Below, piece after piece: positions 38,867 to 49,151 of a stretch of DNA of 64,000 bases (position 1 is its first letter; each line of letters starts with the position of its first letter). Origin of the DNA: Hyphococcus sp. (GTDB lineage: Bacteria > Pseudomonadota > Alphaproteobacteria > Caulobacterales > Parvularculaceae). The stretch covers positions 8,945-72,944 of the forward strand of contig JAJFGF010000037.1 in assembly GCA_021776245.1 (NCBI GenBank). The letters are read 5' to 3'. The notes beneath the pieces were generated by a model. The model was not told the DNA's origin. It searched no databases and saw nothing but the letters and a program-made list of their open reading frames with translations. A program made the translations under genes and the position numbers.

Positions 38867-40984
38867 TTAAATTTGTGGCCCGGCGCCTACATTTTTGTCG
38901 GCGCTCCGCCGGGTCCGGCGGGGCCTCCCGCCCTCTATCCGCCAGGCTGTCAGTAAGGCCGCGCCAATGATGAGGAGCCAGACCACGGGCGGCAGCGCCG
39001 GTTTATCATTAATTTTATCAATCCTCGCGGCGTTTCGATCACGAATGCCAGCCCAGCCGGCGCCGGCCCGGGCTGCGGCCTCGCCGCGCAATTTTCGCAA
39101 AGCGGGCAGCGCTGGCGCCTCGCCGCGGTGAATGGAAAATACGCCGCCGCCAGACTGCTCGGCAAGCGGCGCAAGCGCCTTGCGATTGGATACGACATTT
39201 TCAAATTCCGGCGCAGCCGCCAATCCGACTGCGCCAATAGCAAACAGTTCATCGGAACTTGCGCGATATAGCCCGCGGGCGGCATTTTCGATCCGTGCTG
39301 TAAATACCCCCGGTCCCACCGAGGCAAGTTCAAGCTCCTTAATTTCACCATCAGGACCCTCAATGCGTACTGGTTGGAGTTCGTCGGCAATCGATCGCCG
39401 TTCAATGATCAGGGCGTCGCCCTTTGATCGCAAATTTAGCGATTCTTCTTCCAGTTCCGGCTCCTTCATGAGCCAATGGGCAATCCGGCGCAAAAGTTCC
39501 GCATGCGGACCACCGCCGTCAAAACCGCGCGCCCAGAGCCAGACATGATCAGAGAGTAATAATCCGACCCGCCCTTCGCCGACGCGGTCCAAAATCAACA
39601 AAGGCGCATCGCCCGGTCCGGCCATGAGTGTTTGCCCGCGCGTTTGGGCGACAGGCATGATGCGCAACCAGCGGCCCCAAAACCCCTGTTCCGGGAGGTC
39701 GGCAGTGACGGGATGGCGGGCGCCAAGATCGGTCACCGCCGGGCGGAATGTTTTTTCATCCGCAGCGCCGACCGGCGTCGCTGGCAGAATAAATGACAGA
39801 TTGCGGCGCGCGGCGAGGCTGAGAGACCCGTTGTATTCGGGGCCGGCGGCAATTAGGACAGCGCCGCCGTCATCGACGAAGCGCGCGATATTGTCGAAAT
39901 GGAATGACGATAAAACGCCGCGATAGGTGTAGCGATCGAAAATCAGTAAATCGAATTCGCTGAGTTTATCGATAAAAAGTTCATCCTGCGGAAAAGGAAT
40001 AAGTGCAAGTTCGCCGATCGGCGTGCCGTCATTTTTTTCAATCGGTCGCAGAATTGTGAAGTGAACCAGATCAACCGCCGGGTCCGATTTCAACAAATTG
40101 CGCCAGACCCGTTCGCCCGGATGCGGTTCGCCGGAAATGAGAAGCACGCGCAAGCGATCGCGCACGGCGGTGATCGGCAGAACGACAACATTGTTTCGAT
40201 CGGTTAATTCTCCGCTGCGCGGTTCGACCTCCAGTTCGATAACAGTGCGGCCAGGCCGGTCGAGCGGCGCCTCAAACCCGGCTTCCATACCCAGCGGGAC
40301 TTTCTGGCGCAAAATCTGTTCGCCGTCGACGCGCAGCGTGACGAGCGCCTCTCCGGCGCCGGCCACAGGTTCTTCGTCGGGCCCGAAATCATCGATGCGG
40401 AAGGAGACCCGCACGGATTGGCGGACGATGCCGTAGCGCGGGGCGTTGATGAGGCTGATCTTGCGGTCAGTTTCGCTGGCGCGCCCTGTCACGAGGACAT
40501 GCACCGGCGCATCAATGCCAAGTTGCGTTTCTGCGTCAGCGGCGTCTGCCGCCTGACCATCAGTGATAATGAAAACGCCGCCGAGGCGGGCGCGCGGCGC
40601 GTCAGCGAGCGCGCCGCGCAAAGCCGCCACACTGCGCGTTTCCTCGGCGCCGCCAAATGACGAAACCCGTATTTCGGTGCGTCCCAGCGCCTCGATCCTT
40701 CGGATGAGATCATCAGCCGCTGCTTTCGTCACCGCATCGCGTTTGTCGAGCGATTGGCTGGCGCTTTCATCAACGAGCACAACAACGATATCGTCGAGTG
40801 GCGTGCGTTCGGCTTCGCGCAGTTGTGGATTTGCCAGTAGTATTACAAGTGACGCGACAGCGAGCGCGCGAAAGGCGCCGCTTTTCCAATTGCGCCACAG
40901 GCTAAGCCCGGCAAATAAAACGCCCGCAAGCGCCGCCATTGTCAGCGCCCAGTGCGGCAGCCATGGTTCAAAAACGATATTCAT
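38867..40984 (-). CDS. large membrane protein, last gene of the MoxR/DUF58/DUF4159 cluster
   Basis: 705-aa ORF with N-terminal TM helices and one C-terminal TM helix. Its start overlaps the stop of the upstream gene by 4 nt. Confidence 0.7.
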   Translation of the reverse strand: MNIVFEPWLPHWALTMAALAGVLFAGLSLWRNWKSGAFRALAVASLVILLANPQLREAERTPLDDIVVVLVDESASQSLDKRDAVTKAAADDLIRRIEALGRTEIRVSSFGGAEETRSVAALRGALADAPRARLGGVFIITDGQAADAADAETQLGIDAPVHVLVTGRASETDRKISLINAPRYGIVRQSVRVSFRIDDFGPDEEPVAGAGEALVTLRVDGEQILRQKVPLGMEAGFEAPLDRPGRTVIELEVEPRSGELTDRNNVVVLPITAVRDRLRVLLISGEPHPGERVWRNLLKSDPAVDLVHFTILRPIEKNDGTPIGELALIPFPQDELFIDKLSEFDLLIFDRYTYRGVLSSFHFDNIARFVDDGGAVLIAAGPEYNGSLSLAARRNLSFILPATPVGAADEKTFRPAVTDLGARHPVTADLPEQGFWGRWLRIMPVAQTRGQTLMAGPGDAPLLILDRVGEGRVGLLLSDHVWLWARGFDGGGPHAELLRRIAHWLMKEPELEEESLNLRSKGDALIIERRSIADELQPVRIEGPDGEIKELELASVGPGVFTARIENAARGLYRASSDELFAIGAVGLAAAPEFENVVSNRKALAPLAEQSGGGVFSIHRGEAPALPALRKLRGEAAARAGAGWAGIRDRNAARIDKINDKPALPPVVWLLIIGAALLTAWRIEGGRPRRTRRSADKNVGAGPQI

Positions 40985-43710
40985 TGCCCCAGCCGTTCCA
41001 AGAGGATCGGCGTATGCACCTGATCGGATTTATAATTGCCCGTAAACGCAACCATGATGATGTTAACGCCTGCGCGATAAGCAAGCTCCCGCGCGCGTTC
41101 GCCGCCGCGACCCATCGGCCGAACCGGGCGGCCAAAGGAGTCCGCGGCCCAGGCGCCGGCCCAGTCACGTCCGCCAATAATCAGCGGCGTCACACCATCA
41201 TTGGCGCCGCTCGTATCAGCCTGGACCCAGACAGGATTATTTCTCAGGCGACCCGGAAGATCGCTCATGAGATAAAAAGACCGCGTGAGGACGTGACTTT
41301 CGTCCACCGGCGTCAGGGGCGGTATATTCAGCTGCGACAGAATGCGTTGCAGCGCCTGGGACTCAGGCGTTGCGCCAGGCGCTACGGCGCGCTCATCGTC
41401 GCGCGTGTCAAATAGAACCAACCCGCCAAAGCGCATAAAATTTTCGATGTTGGAAAGCGCGGCGTCTGAAGGCGTGTCTGCGCCCGGCACGATGGGCCAG
41501 TATAGAAATGGATAGACTGATAAATCATCGGCATCAAGATTAATGACCTGGGGCGGACCAGGTTCGACCGCAGTTCTGCGCACCAGTTCGCGGCTCAAGC
41601 CGGCCAGCGCCTGCGCCGACAGGCGGTCCATCGCGGGATCGCCAGTCTCGACATAGGCAAGCCGCGTCGCCAGCGCGGCCTCGGCGGGTATTCGGTCAAT
41701 CGGCGCATCAAGCGGTTGGGCCGCCGCGTCGGTCGGCAAAGCGATCGGCGCGCCGGCAAGAACAAGCAACATTACAGCCGTGCGCAAGGCCAGTTTTCCG
41801 CTAAGGGCGAGCGTGACGAGGCCGTCAATGAGCGCCAATAGCAGAGCCGCGATAAACAATGGCGGACCGAATGCGATCGGCGGCGTCGCCGCATATTGTG
41901 TCATTGCAACACCAGGTAAACCGAGTGGCGAAAAAAGCGTATCGCGGGAAACCGCATTTAACGCCAGCGGCGCTTCAGGGGCGCCGTAAAACCCCGGCGT
42001 GCGCGCCGCTGACGGCGGCAGCGACAGCTCTTGCGCTGTTAATGCTGCGTCGTTGTCCGCGGGCCGGCGCAGGCGGCCAAAACCATCGAACAGGCGCAGT
42101 GGGGCGTAGCGGGCGCCAGCTGCCTCATCGGCATTTTCAGGCCCCAAAGTTGACAGAAAGGTCAGCCGGCGCAGCATTTCAACGAACACACCGGAGATCG
42201 GCAGGTCCGACCAGGCCGGCGTTGCGGTGACATGGAACAGCGCATTGGCGCCCGCGCCGAGCCGCTCGCCGGTGACCAGCGGCGTCCCGTCCGCAAGCCG
42301 CGCCCAGGTTTTCTCGGTCGTGGCGCCGCCGGGTTGGGCCAGCACCTGCTGGCGCACAAAGACGTCTTTTGGCGGCCGCAGATCGGCAAAAGGTCCAGCC
42401 TCACTGAACGCATCAAGCGCCTGCGGCGTGTCCCAGGTTAGCGCGCCGCCAAAGGCGCGCCCGCCTCCGCGAAGCGCCACCGGCAACAGGGGTGGTGTCT
42501 CGTCCTGAGCGGTCTCGGCGAGAATCGGCCCGGCAAATCGAATCAAAACGCCGCCGCTTTCGACCCAATCGGTGAGCGCGTTCACCTCTCCCGGCCGCAG
42601 CCTGCCGATGTCGTCAAGAACAATTACCGAAACATCCGAGGCGAGGATCTCGTCGAGCGACGCTTCCATGAACTCCGCATAAGGATTAAGGGCTTGGCGT
42701 ACATAGTGTGCTCCGTTCAGTAAATTGTTCCGACCCGCATCGGCGTCCGCGACAAGGCCGATCAGGGCGCGGCGATCACGGGCGTCAATAAGTTGTGTCG
42801 CGCCCGCCGACGCAGCGTTTTCAATGCGGACAATTGACAGTTCGTTGCGCAGCGCCAGTGGCAAATCGAGCGTCACGTCGCGCGTTAATTCGCCAGCGGT
42901 CATCTCGATCGGCATACGCGTCAATTCGCGCCCGTCACGGGCTGTGGCGGTGAGGGCGCCGTCCCATTCATCGCTCGCCTCAAGTCGCTCGATGCGAAAT
43001 ACAGAACCGGCGGATTGTTGTCCCATGGCGCGGAGGATGATTTTCGGCGCCTTGCGGTCGACCAGCACGGTCAGTGCGCCGCGCTCGGCGAGGGCGCGCG
43101 CCAGTTTTTTATCGTCTTCACCGGCGATGCCGTCGGAAAGCCAGCGGAATTCTGCGGCCGGGACGTCTTTGAGGATCAGGTCGAGCGCTTCAAGCCGGTC
43201 AAGAAATTGTGTTCTGTCGGCGCCAAAAGGTTGCGGCGTCAATGCATCTGCAGCGGCCCGCGCTTGCTCTGCGGTGATTGGCGCCCAGGCCGGCGGCAGT
43301 TTTTGCGGCGCAGTCGTCGTGAGGAAAATTGAACGACCCGACTGAGCGGCTTCTGCGGCGGCTTCGCGGAGTACATCGCGCCGCGCCATCCAGCGCTGCG
43401 CCGCCGCCCAGCTGTCGTCGACCACAAGAATAAGGGGCCCGGCGCCGGGCGAGGGCGCTGGTGCGTTCAGGACCGGTCCGGCAAGGCCGATAATCACCAA
43501 TGCCGCCAAAACCAGACGCAACAGCAACAGCCACCATGGGGTGCGGTCTGGCGTTTCTTCCGATGTCGTCAGTTGGCGCAGGATCATGAATGCCGGAAAG
43601 CGCGTGCGCTTCGGCGCAGGCGGCGTTGCCCGCAAAAGGAACCATATTACCGGTAATGCAGCGAGCGCGGCGAGCAACAGCGGTGAAGTAAAAGAAAGTG
43701 CGCTCAACAT
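40981..43710 (-). CDS. BatA-N-terminal double-TM / DUF4159 domain protein
   Basis: 909-aa ORF. The N-terminus FTSPLLLAALAALPVIWFLLR matches the aerotolerance-type N-terminal TM domain, and the C-terminal region ends in a DUF4159-like FTGNYKSDQVH. Confidence 0.72.
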   Translation of the reverse strand: MLSALSFTSPLLLAALAALPVIWFLLRATPPAPKRTRFPAFMILRQLTTSEETPDRTPWWLLLLRLVLAALVIIGLAGPVLNAPAPSPGAGPLILVVDDSWAAAQRWMARRDVLREAAAEAAQSGRSIFLTTTAPQKLPPAWAPITAEQARAAADALTPQPFGADRTQFLDRLEALDLILKDVPAAEFRWLSDGIAGEDDKKLARALAERGALTVLVDRKAPKIILRAMGQQSAGSVFRIERLEASDEWDGALTATARDGRELTRMPIEMTAGELTRDVTLDLPLALRNELSIVRIENAASAGATQLIDARDRRALIGLVADADAGRNNLLNGAHYVRQALNPYAEFMEASLDEILASDVSVIVLDDIGRLRPGEVNALTDWVESGGVLIRFAGPILAETAQDETPPLLPVALRGGGRAFGGALTWDTPQALDAFSEAGPFADLRPPKDVFVRQQVLAQPGGATTEKTWARLADGTPLVTGERLGAGANALFHVTATPAWSDLPISGVFVEMLRRLTFLSTLGPENADEAAGARYAPLRLFDGFGRLRRPADNDAALTAQELSLPPSAARTPGFYGAPEAPLALNAVSRDTLFSPLGLPGVAMTQYAATPPIAFGPPLFIAALLLALIDGLVTLALSGKLALRTAVMLLVLAGAPIALPTDAAAQPLDAPIDRIPAEAALATRLAYVETGDPAMDRLSAQALAGLSRELVRRTAVEPGPPQVINLDADDLSVYPFLYWPIVPGADTPSDAALSNIENFMRFGGLVLFDTRDDERAVAPGATPESQALQRILSQLNIPPLTPVDESHVLTRSFYLMSDLPGRLRNNPVWVQADTSGANDGVTPLIIGGRDWAGAWAADSFGRPVRPMGRGGERARELAYRAGVNIIMVAFTGNYKSDQVHTPILLERLGQ

Positions 43711-44613
43711 CTATTTTGTCCACACGCGCATATCGCCGAGCGCGGTATAAAGCGCCAACAAAGCGGTCTGCGCAGGCCGGTCCGTACGATGCGTAATGAA
43801 CGTCCAACCGAGCTTGCGCGAAAGATCCGCAAGCGATGCGCGATGGGCCTCAAATTTGACCTTGTAGGCGGCGCTGACTGAGCCGGTTTCGCCAAATATG
43901 AGCCTGTCGGCGCTCTCCATATCTCTAAATTCAACCCGGCCGCGGAACGGAAAATCTTCCTCAGCCGGATCGCAAATCTGCACCAGCGCGCCTTTGGCGC
44001 CGCTTGCAGCCAATGTGGATGCAGCAAACTCAATTTCGTTAAGCGGTGCAAAAAAATCGCTGAACATGACAACCCGGGCGCCGGGTGGAATTTGAGAGAC
44101 CGGGGGCGTTGAGTGAGAGTTGTCAATTTGCTCCGCGTGAAGCGCTTCAAGAATGCGCGATGGCGCCGAACGTCCCTGAAACGGGCGGCGGTTTTGGCCA
44201 AGAAGCCCAACCCGCTCGCCTGCTTGCGACAGCAAAATCGCCAGCGCCGTTGCAAGGATTTCGGCGCGGCGGCGTTTGGTCGGCGCTTCTTTTTTCGATC
44301 TGTAGTCCAGAGACTGTGAGGGATCTCGCCAAAGATAAACAGCCGCCGCCGCTTCCCATTCGTTTTGCCGAATATAAAGCCGGTCTGCAACGCGGGCGGA
44401 CTGGCGCCAGTCGATAGCAGAGACCGGATCGCCAAAAGTGTAAGGGCGATGTTGCCAGAAAGTCTCGCCCGGACCGGCGCGCCGCCGTCCGTGTAGGCCG
44501 GAGGCAACTGTCTGGGCAATGCGTTCCGCCTCGATCAACAGCGCCGGAAAAAGCGCTGCGGCATCTTCGGCGCCATGGCGAACGGCGAGCGCTTCTTTTT
44601 CGAGTGTCATCAA
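43711..44613 (-). CDS. DUF58 domain protein
   Basis: 300-aa ORF with GETFWQHRPYTFGDPVSAIDWRQSAR, the typical DUF58 core. Confidence 0.85.
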   Translation of the reverse strand: MMTLEKEALAVRHGAEDAAALFPALLIEAERIAQTVASGLHGRRRAGPGETFWQHRPYTFGDPVSAIDWRQSARVADRLYIRQNEWEAAAAVYLWRDPSQSLDYRSKKEAPTKRRRAEILATALAILLSQAGERVGLLGQNRRPFQGRSAPSRILEALHAEQIDNSHSTPPVSQIPPGARVVMFSDFFAPLNEIEFAASTLAASGAKGALVQICDPAEEDFPFRGRVEFRDMESADRLIFGETGSVSAAYKVKFEAHRASLADLSRKLGWTFITHRTDRPAQTALLALYTALGDMRVWTK

Positions 44614-44640
44614 TTCGGCGGCGTCCTCATACGCGTTTAG

Positions 44641-45633
44641 TTACAGCCCGCCCAACAGTTCATCAACAAATTGATCCGTATCCAGCCCTTCTGATCTCGC
44701 CGCGAAATTGAGCGCCATGCGATGCCGCAGCACCGGTTTGGCCAGGCGCATAACGTCGTCGGGCGATGGTGCATGGCGCCCGTCAATCAGCGCCAGCGCA
44801 CGGGCGGCAAGCGAAAATGCCTGGCTGGCGCGTGGGCCCGGCCCCCAGGCGACAAGCGAGCGCACGCGTTCGCTGGCGTCTGCATCCGGGCGCGCAGCAC
44901 GCACCAGTTTCAGGATCATCTCAATAATTTGTTCGCCGATTGGCATCTGTCTAACCAGCGCCTGGGCGCTGATCAGGTCCATGCTCGACATGACGGCTTC
45001 AACTTTCGCGATCTGGGCGCCCGTTGTTTCGGCCAGCATCAGCCGTTCGGATGCAAGATCGGGATATCCGACATTAATCTGCAGCAAGAAACGGTCGAGT
45101 TGCGCCTCGGGGAGCGGATAGGTTCCTTCCTGCTCAATCGGGTTCTGGGTTGCGAGAACGTGAAACGGCGAGGGAAGATCATGGCGCGCGCCGGCGACCG
45201 TCACATGCTGCTCTTGCATCGCCTGCAGCAAGGCGGATTGCGTGCGCGGGCTGGCGCGATTGATTTCATCTGCCATCAGAAGCTGGCAAAAGACCGGCCC
45301 GGGTATGAACCGGAATTCTCTTTTGCCGTCGGCCGTTTCTTCCAGCACTTCAGAGCCGAGAACATCGCCGGGCATGAGGTCCGGCGTAAACTGGACCCGC
45401 TTGGCCGAAAGCCCCAATAGGTCGGCGAGCGAGGTTACCAACAGGGTTTTGGCAAGGCCGGGGGCGCCGACCAGGAGGCCGTGTCCACCGGCGGCGAGTG
45501 TCGCCAGGGTAAGGTCAATGACCGCCTCCTGGCCAAAAACCACTTTTCCGAGCGCTTTGCGGGCGCCGGCGAATTTTGCGGATATTTCGTCAAAGGCGCG
45601 GATTTGGTCCTGATCGGGCATTGGGGCTGTCAT
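44641..45633 (-). CDS. MoxR family AAA+ ATPase
   Basis: Walker A GAPGLAKT, Walker B LLMADEINRASP, and ATQNPIEQEGTYPLPEAQLDRF. The start was moved from the TTG at 45705 to the ATG at 45633. Confidence 0.92.
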   Translation of the reverse strand: MTAPMPDQDQIRAFDEISAKFAGARKALGKVVFGQEAVIDLTLATLAAGGHGLLVGAPGLAKTLLVTSLADLLGLSAKRVQFTPDLMPGDVLGSEVLEETADGKREFRFIPGPVFCQLLMADEINRASPRTQSALLQAMQEQHVTVAGARHDLPSPFHVLATQNPIEQEGTYPLPEAQLDRFLLQINVGYPDLASERLMLAETTGAQIAKVEAVMSSMDLISAQALVRQMPIGEQIIEMILKLVRAARPDADASERVRSLVAWGPGPRASQAFSLAARALALIDGRHAPSPDDVMRLAKPVLRHRMALNFAARSEGLDTDQFVDELLGGL

Positions 45634-45904
45634 AGGTAAGCGTTTCTTTTTTGGCCAGAATTTCAGATAGCATGGCTGAATGCCGGTTAAATAACTGCTT
45701 GGCAAGAAATCGGCTCGGATTGTCGCAAATCTCTTGCCCCTTGCACGATATCGCCCAAATTCTTTACGATACTGAAATGCGCGTGGGGGCAGGCTGCGGC
45801 CCGGTCCCGGCGCCTTGAGGGGTCAGATGTGATTGTCATCAACGCTTAAAAGCGTGGCAGGCTGTCACGGGTATAAAATGAACGCGTAGAAAAAGGGGCA
45901 GTTT

Positions 45905-47803
45905 GTGTCTGAAAGCGATTCGAATTTCACGGTTTGGGGTTTCATCAAAGGCTTTGGCAAGCTGATGATTGGACTTTTGTTGCTGATCCAGGGGCTGATC
46001 GGCCTTTTTGTGATGCTGCTTTTTATTGGCGTTCTGGTGAGCGTTACCAACGGTGTCGCCGGCAATAAAGACAAGGTGACAGTCGGCGTGCCCGATGGCG
46101 CGGTCCTGCATCTCGATCCCAATGGCGTCCTGGTGGAACAGGCCGAGAGCGTAGATCCTTTTGAGGTGTTCATTGAGGAAGCATACGGCGTCAACGAGCC
46201 TTCGCAGATCGAAGTCCATGATATCGTGCGCGCGATCCGCAAAGCTAAAGACGACAAGCGGATAAAAGGGCTGGTGCTCGATCTCGGCGCCCTGCAGGCT
46301 GCGCCAAGCAGCGCGAGTAAGCTTCACTATATTGCTGAAGAAATCGGCGCATTCAAGAAAAGCGGCAAGAAAGTCATCGCTGTCGGTGATTTTTACAGCC
46401 AGGATCAATATCTGCTTGCAGCGCATGCTGACGAAATTTACATGAATGACTACGGCAATATCGTGCTTTATGGCTATGGGCGCTACGCGACCTTCGTGAA
46501 ATCGTTGCTCGAAAAAATGAAAATCACCAGCCATGTTTTTCGCGTCGGCACGTTCAAATCGGCTGTTGAGCCGTTTTTGCGCGATGATATGTCGCCGGAA
46601 GCAAAAGAGGCAAATCAAGCCTATCTTGACGTCCTGTGGCGTGAATATGTCGCCAGGGTCGAGGGCGCGCGTGGGCTGCAGGCTGGATCTATTGATCAGT
46701 ACGCCAATAATTTGGGCGAAATTATGAAGACCGTCAATGGCGACTTCGCCAAGGCGGCGCTGGAAACCGGCCTGATTGATGAGCTGAAATCCCGCGCTGA
46801 ACAAAACAAATATCTGGTCGATCAGTTCGGCGCCGATCGCGCCGGAAAATCATTCAAAAAAGTTAGCTTTCGCCGTTATCTAACTGCGATTGACGAAGAC
46901 CGCGATGGACCAAATCCCAATATAGCCGTCGTGACAGCTGCAGGCGTGATCGTTGATGGCGAAGCGTCGGCCGGCCAGGCAGCAGGCGGAGATACGATTG
47001 CGGCGCTGTTAAAGAAGGCCCGTGAGGATGACAACGTGAAAGCGGTTGTTCTGCGCATCGACAGCCCTGGCGGCTCAGCCTTTGCGTCTGATATTGTGCG
47101 CGATGAATTGCTCGCAATTAAGGCTGCAGGCAAGCCCGTGGTTGCATCGATGGGCTCGCTTGCAGCGTCGGGCGGCTATTGGGTTGCCGCATCTGCCGAT
47201 GAGATTTGGGCGGCGCCGATGACGATTACCGGATCGATCGGGATTTTCGGTTACTTCAACACTTTCGAAAACACCGCAGCTGAAATTGGCGTTTATGTTG
47301 ACGGTGTCGGCACGACATCGCTGGCGCCAATTCTGGCGACTGGCATAGGGCCGTTGCCTGATGTTGCTGCGGACATTATCCAGCAATCGGTGGAAAACGG
47401 CTATGATCGTTTTCTGACGGTCGTTGGCGAAGGGCGCCATCTTGAAAAAGATTATGTCGACTCGGTCGGTCAGGGCCGCGTGTGGATTGGCGAGCGCGCT
47501 CTAGAGTTACGCCTCGTCGACAAGCTCGGCGATATTGACGATGCGATTGCATCCGCTGCCGCGCTTGCAAAACTTGATAAGTATGACGTTGTCGAGATGG
47601 AAGAGCAGCTGACGCCTTTTGAGAAGATTCTTGGCAATCTATCATCGGAAACATTAGCGATGACGGGTCTGGACGACAAAATTCGCAGCCGCCGCGCAAG
47701 CGCAATCGAAAAACTGATCGGGCAGGCGGAGCGGCAGATTGAATTTTTCGAGCAGTTCAATGATCCGAACGCCGCTTATGCGCGGTGTCTCGCCTGCGAA
47801 TAA
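45905..47803 (+). CDS. sppA: signal peptide peptidase SppA, 67K type
   Basis: 632-aa ORF with an N-terminal TM segment and two S49 domains (GSLAASGGYWVA serine region). Confidence 0.9.
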   Translation: MSESDSNFTVWGFIKGFGKLMIGLLLLIQGLIGLFVMLLFIGVLVSVTNGVAGNKDKVTVGVPDGAVLHLDPNGVLVEQAESVDPFEVFIEEAYGVNEPSQIEVHDIVRAIRKAKDDKRIKGLVLDLGALQAAPSSASKLHYIAEEIGAFKKSGKKVIAVGDFYSQDQYLLAAHADEIYMNDYGNIVLYGYGRYATFVKSLLEKMKITSHVFRVGTFKSAVEPFLRDDMSPEAKEANQAYLDVLWREYVARVEGARGLQAGSIDQYANNLGEIMKTVNGDFAKAALETGLIDELKSRAEQNKYLVDQFGADRAGKSFKKVSFRRYLTAIDEDRDGPNPNIAVVTAAGVIVDGEASAGQAAGGDTIAALLKKAREDDNVKAVVLRIDSPGGSAFASDIVRDELLAIKAAGKPVVASMGSLAASGGYWVAASADEIWAAPMTITGSIGIFGYFNTFENTAAEIGVYVDGVGTTSLAPILATGIGPLPDVAADIIQQSVENGYDRFLTVVGEGRHLEKDYVDSVGQGRVWIGERALELRLVDKLGDIDDAIASAAALAKLDKYDVVEMEEQLTPFEKILGNLSSETLAMTGLDDKIRSRRASAIEKLIGQAERQIEFFEQFNDPNAAYARCLACE

Positions 47804-47866
47804 AATACCGGCGCGTTCGCGCTGGTGATAGCTCGGCGCATTCGCGCCAGGGAAACAATTAGGGAG

Positions 47867-47900
47867 CCGGCGCTGCGGCATCGCGGCGCCGGTTTTATTT
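47867..47900 (+). terminator. rho-independent terminator of sppA
   Basis: Stem CCGGCGC (47867-47873) / GCGCCGG (47886-47892), extended inward by GCG/CGC, followed by TTTTATTT. Confidence 0.75.
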
Positions 47901-47901
47901 A

Positions 47902-48480
47902 ATGCCGGATTTGATGCGATATGCGGCGAAGCTGGAAGGGGCCGGCGGGAGGTCCCTGCCGCCGGTGCATCTATGGAATCCCGAATATTGCGGCGAGATC
48001 GATCTCGTCATTAAACGCGACGGCGCGTGGTTTCATGAAGGAACGCCAATTGGCCGGGCCCGTCTTGTGCGCCTTTTCTCGACCGTCTTAAAACGCGAGG
48101 GCGGGCGTCATTTTCTGGTGACGCCGGTAGAAAAGCTCGGCATCACTGTCGAGGATGTTCCGTTTGTTGCCGTATTGATGCGCCAAGAAGGCGAAGGAAA
48201 AGGACAGCAGCTGATCTTCACAACCAATGTCGGCGACGAAGCCGTTGCGGGACCCGTGCACAGATTAGAATTCCGCAAGGACGCGGAAACCGGCGAGGGC
48301 GCGCCCTATATTGATATTCGGGCGGGCCTGGAGGCGCGCATCGCCCGCGCCGTTTATTATGATCTTGTAGCGCTGGGCGAAACTCACCAGATAGACGGCG
48401 AGGAAAAATTCGGCGTCTGGTCCGCCGGCGTTTTTTTTCCGTTTGGTCCAGCCAGTGAAGTGTTCGAAAAAGGTTCGTGA
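47902..48480 (+). CDS. DUF1285 domain protein
   Basis: LPPVHLWNPEYCGEIDLVIKRDGAWFHEGTPIGRARLVRLFSTVL. Confidence 0.8.
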   Translation: MPDLMRYAAKLEGAGGRSLPPVHLWNPEYCGEIDLVIKRDGAWFHEGTPIGRARLVRLFSTVLKREGGRHFLVTPVEKLGITVEDVPFVAVLMRQEGEGKGQQLIFTTNVGDEAVAGPVHRLEFRKDAETGEGAPYIDIRAGLEARIARAVYYDLVALGETHQIDGEEKFGVWSAGVFFPFGPASEVFEKGS

Positions 48481-49151
48481 TGACGGCGAAGGCGAAAAAA
48501 ATAATTCCTGTCTCGGCGGACTGGCGGGCGCGGATTGAAGCTAATCTTCACCGTGCGTCAGCGCAGCGCGTGCGCGAAATGTTCAGCGAAATTAATCCGC
48601 ATCTGGTCGGCGACAAAATGTTTGAAAGCCGCTGGAGCGATATCCGCATGGATGCAGCGGTGCTGGTGCCGATTATCAATCGCCCCGAGGGCGCGACGGT
48701 TTTGATGACAGTGCGTTCAACCAACATGCCGTCTCATCCGGGCCAGATCAGTTTTCCCGGCGGCAAGGCAGAGCCCGGTGATGCTGATCGCGTCGCAACC
48801 GCATTGCGCGAGGCGCATGAAGAGGTCAACATCGTCCCGGAAGCTGCGGATGTCATCGGCTCCCTCGGTATTCACAAGGGCGGGCTCGGTTTTTCGGTGA
48901 CGCCGGTCGTCGCTATCATCGATCCAAATGCGGATATTAAGCCGTGTCCCCGCGAAGTTGGAGAAATTTTTGAAACGCCGCTCAGTTTCGTTGCCGACTT
49001 GCGCAACCACATTACCGAAGAACGCGAACATAAAGGGACAAAATATAATATGTTCGCGGCGCCTTATGGGCGGTTTCATATTTGGGGCCTGACCGCCGGG
49101 ATATTGCGCACGCTTGCAGAAACCCTGCAGGATAAGAGGCCAGCGCCGTGA
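48477..49151 (+). CDS. nudL: CoA pyrophosphatase (NUDIX)
   Basis: LMTVRS upstream motif plus the Nudix box FPGGKAEPGDADRVATALREAHEEVNI. Confidence 0.85.
   Translation: MMTAKAKKIIPVSADWRARIEANLHRASAQRVREMFSEINPHLVGDKMFESRWSDIRMDAAVLVPIINRPEGATVLMTVRSTNMPSHPGQISFPGGKAEPGDADRVATALREAHEEVNIVPEAADVIGSLGIHKGGLGFSVTPVVAIIDPNADIKPCPREVGEIFETPLSFVADLRNHITEEREHKGTKYNMFAAPYGRFHIWGLTAGILRTLAETLQDKRPAP

Noticed and set aside
43704-44519. 271-aa minus-strand ORF overlapping the DUF58 gene in another frame
   Set aside because: It is Arg/Pro/Ser-rich and low-complexity, the off-frame translation of a GC-rich gene. The DUF58 frame carries the family motif.
45839-46804. 321-aa minus-strand ORF
   Set aside because: It lies entirely antisense to sppA (a clear S49 peptidase), and its composition is typical of an antisense shadow frame.
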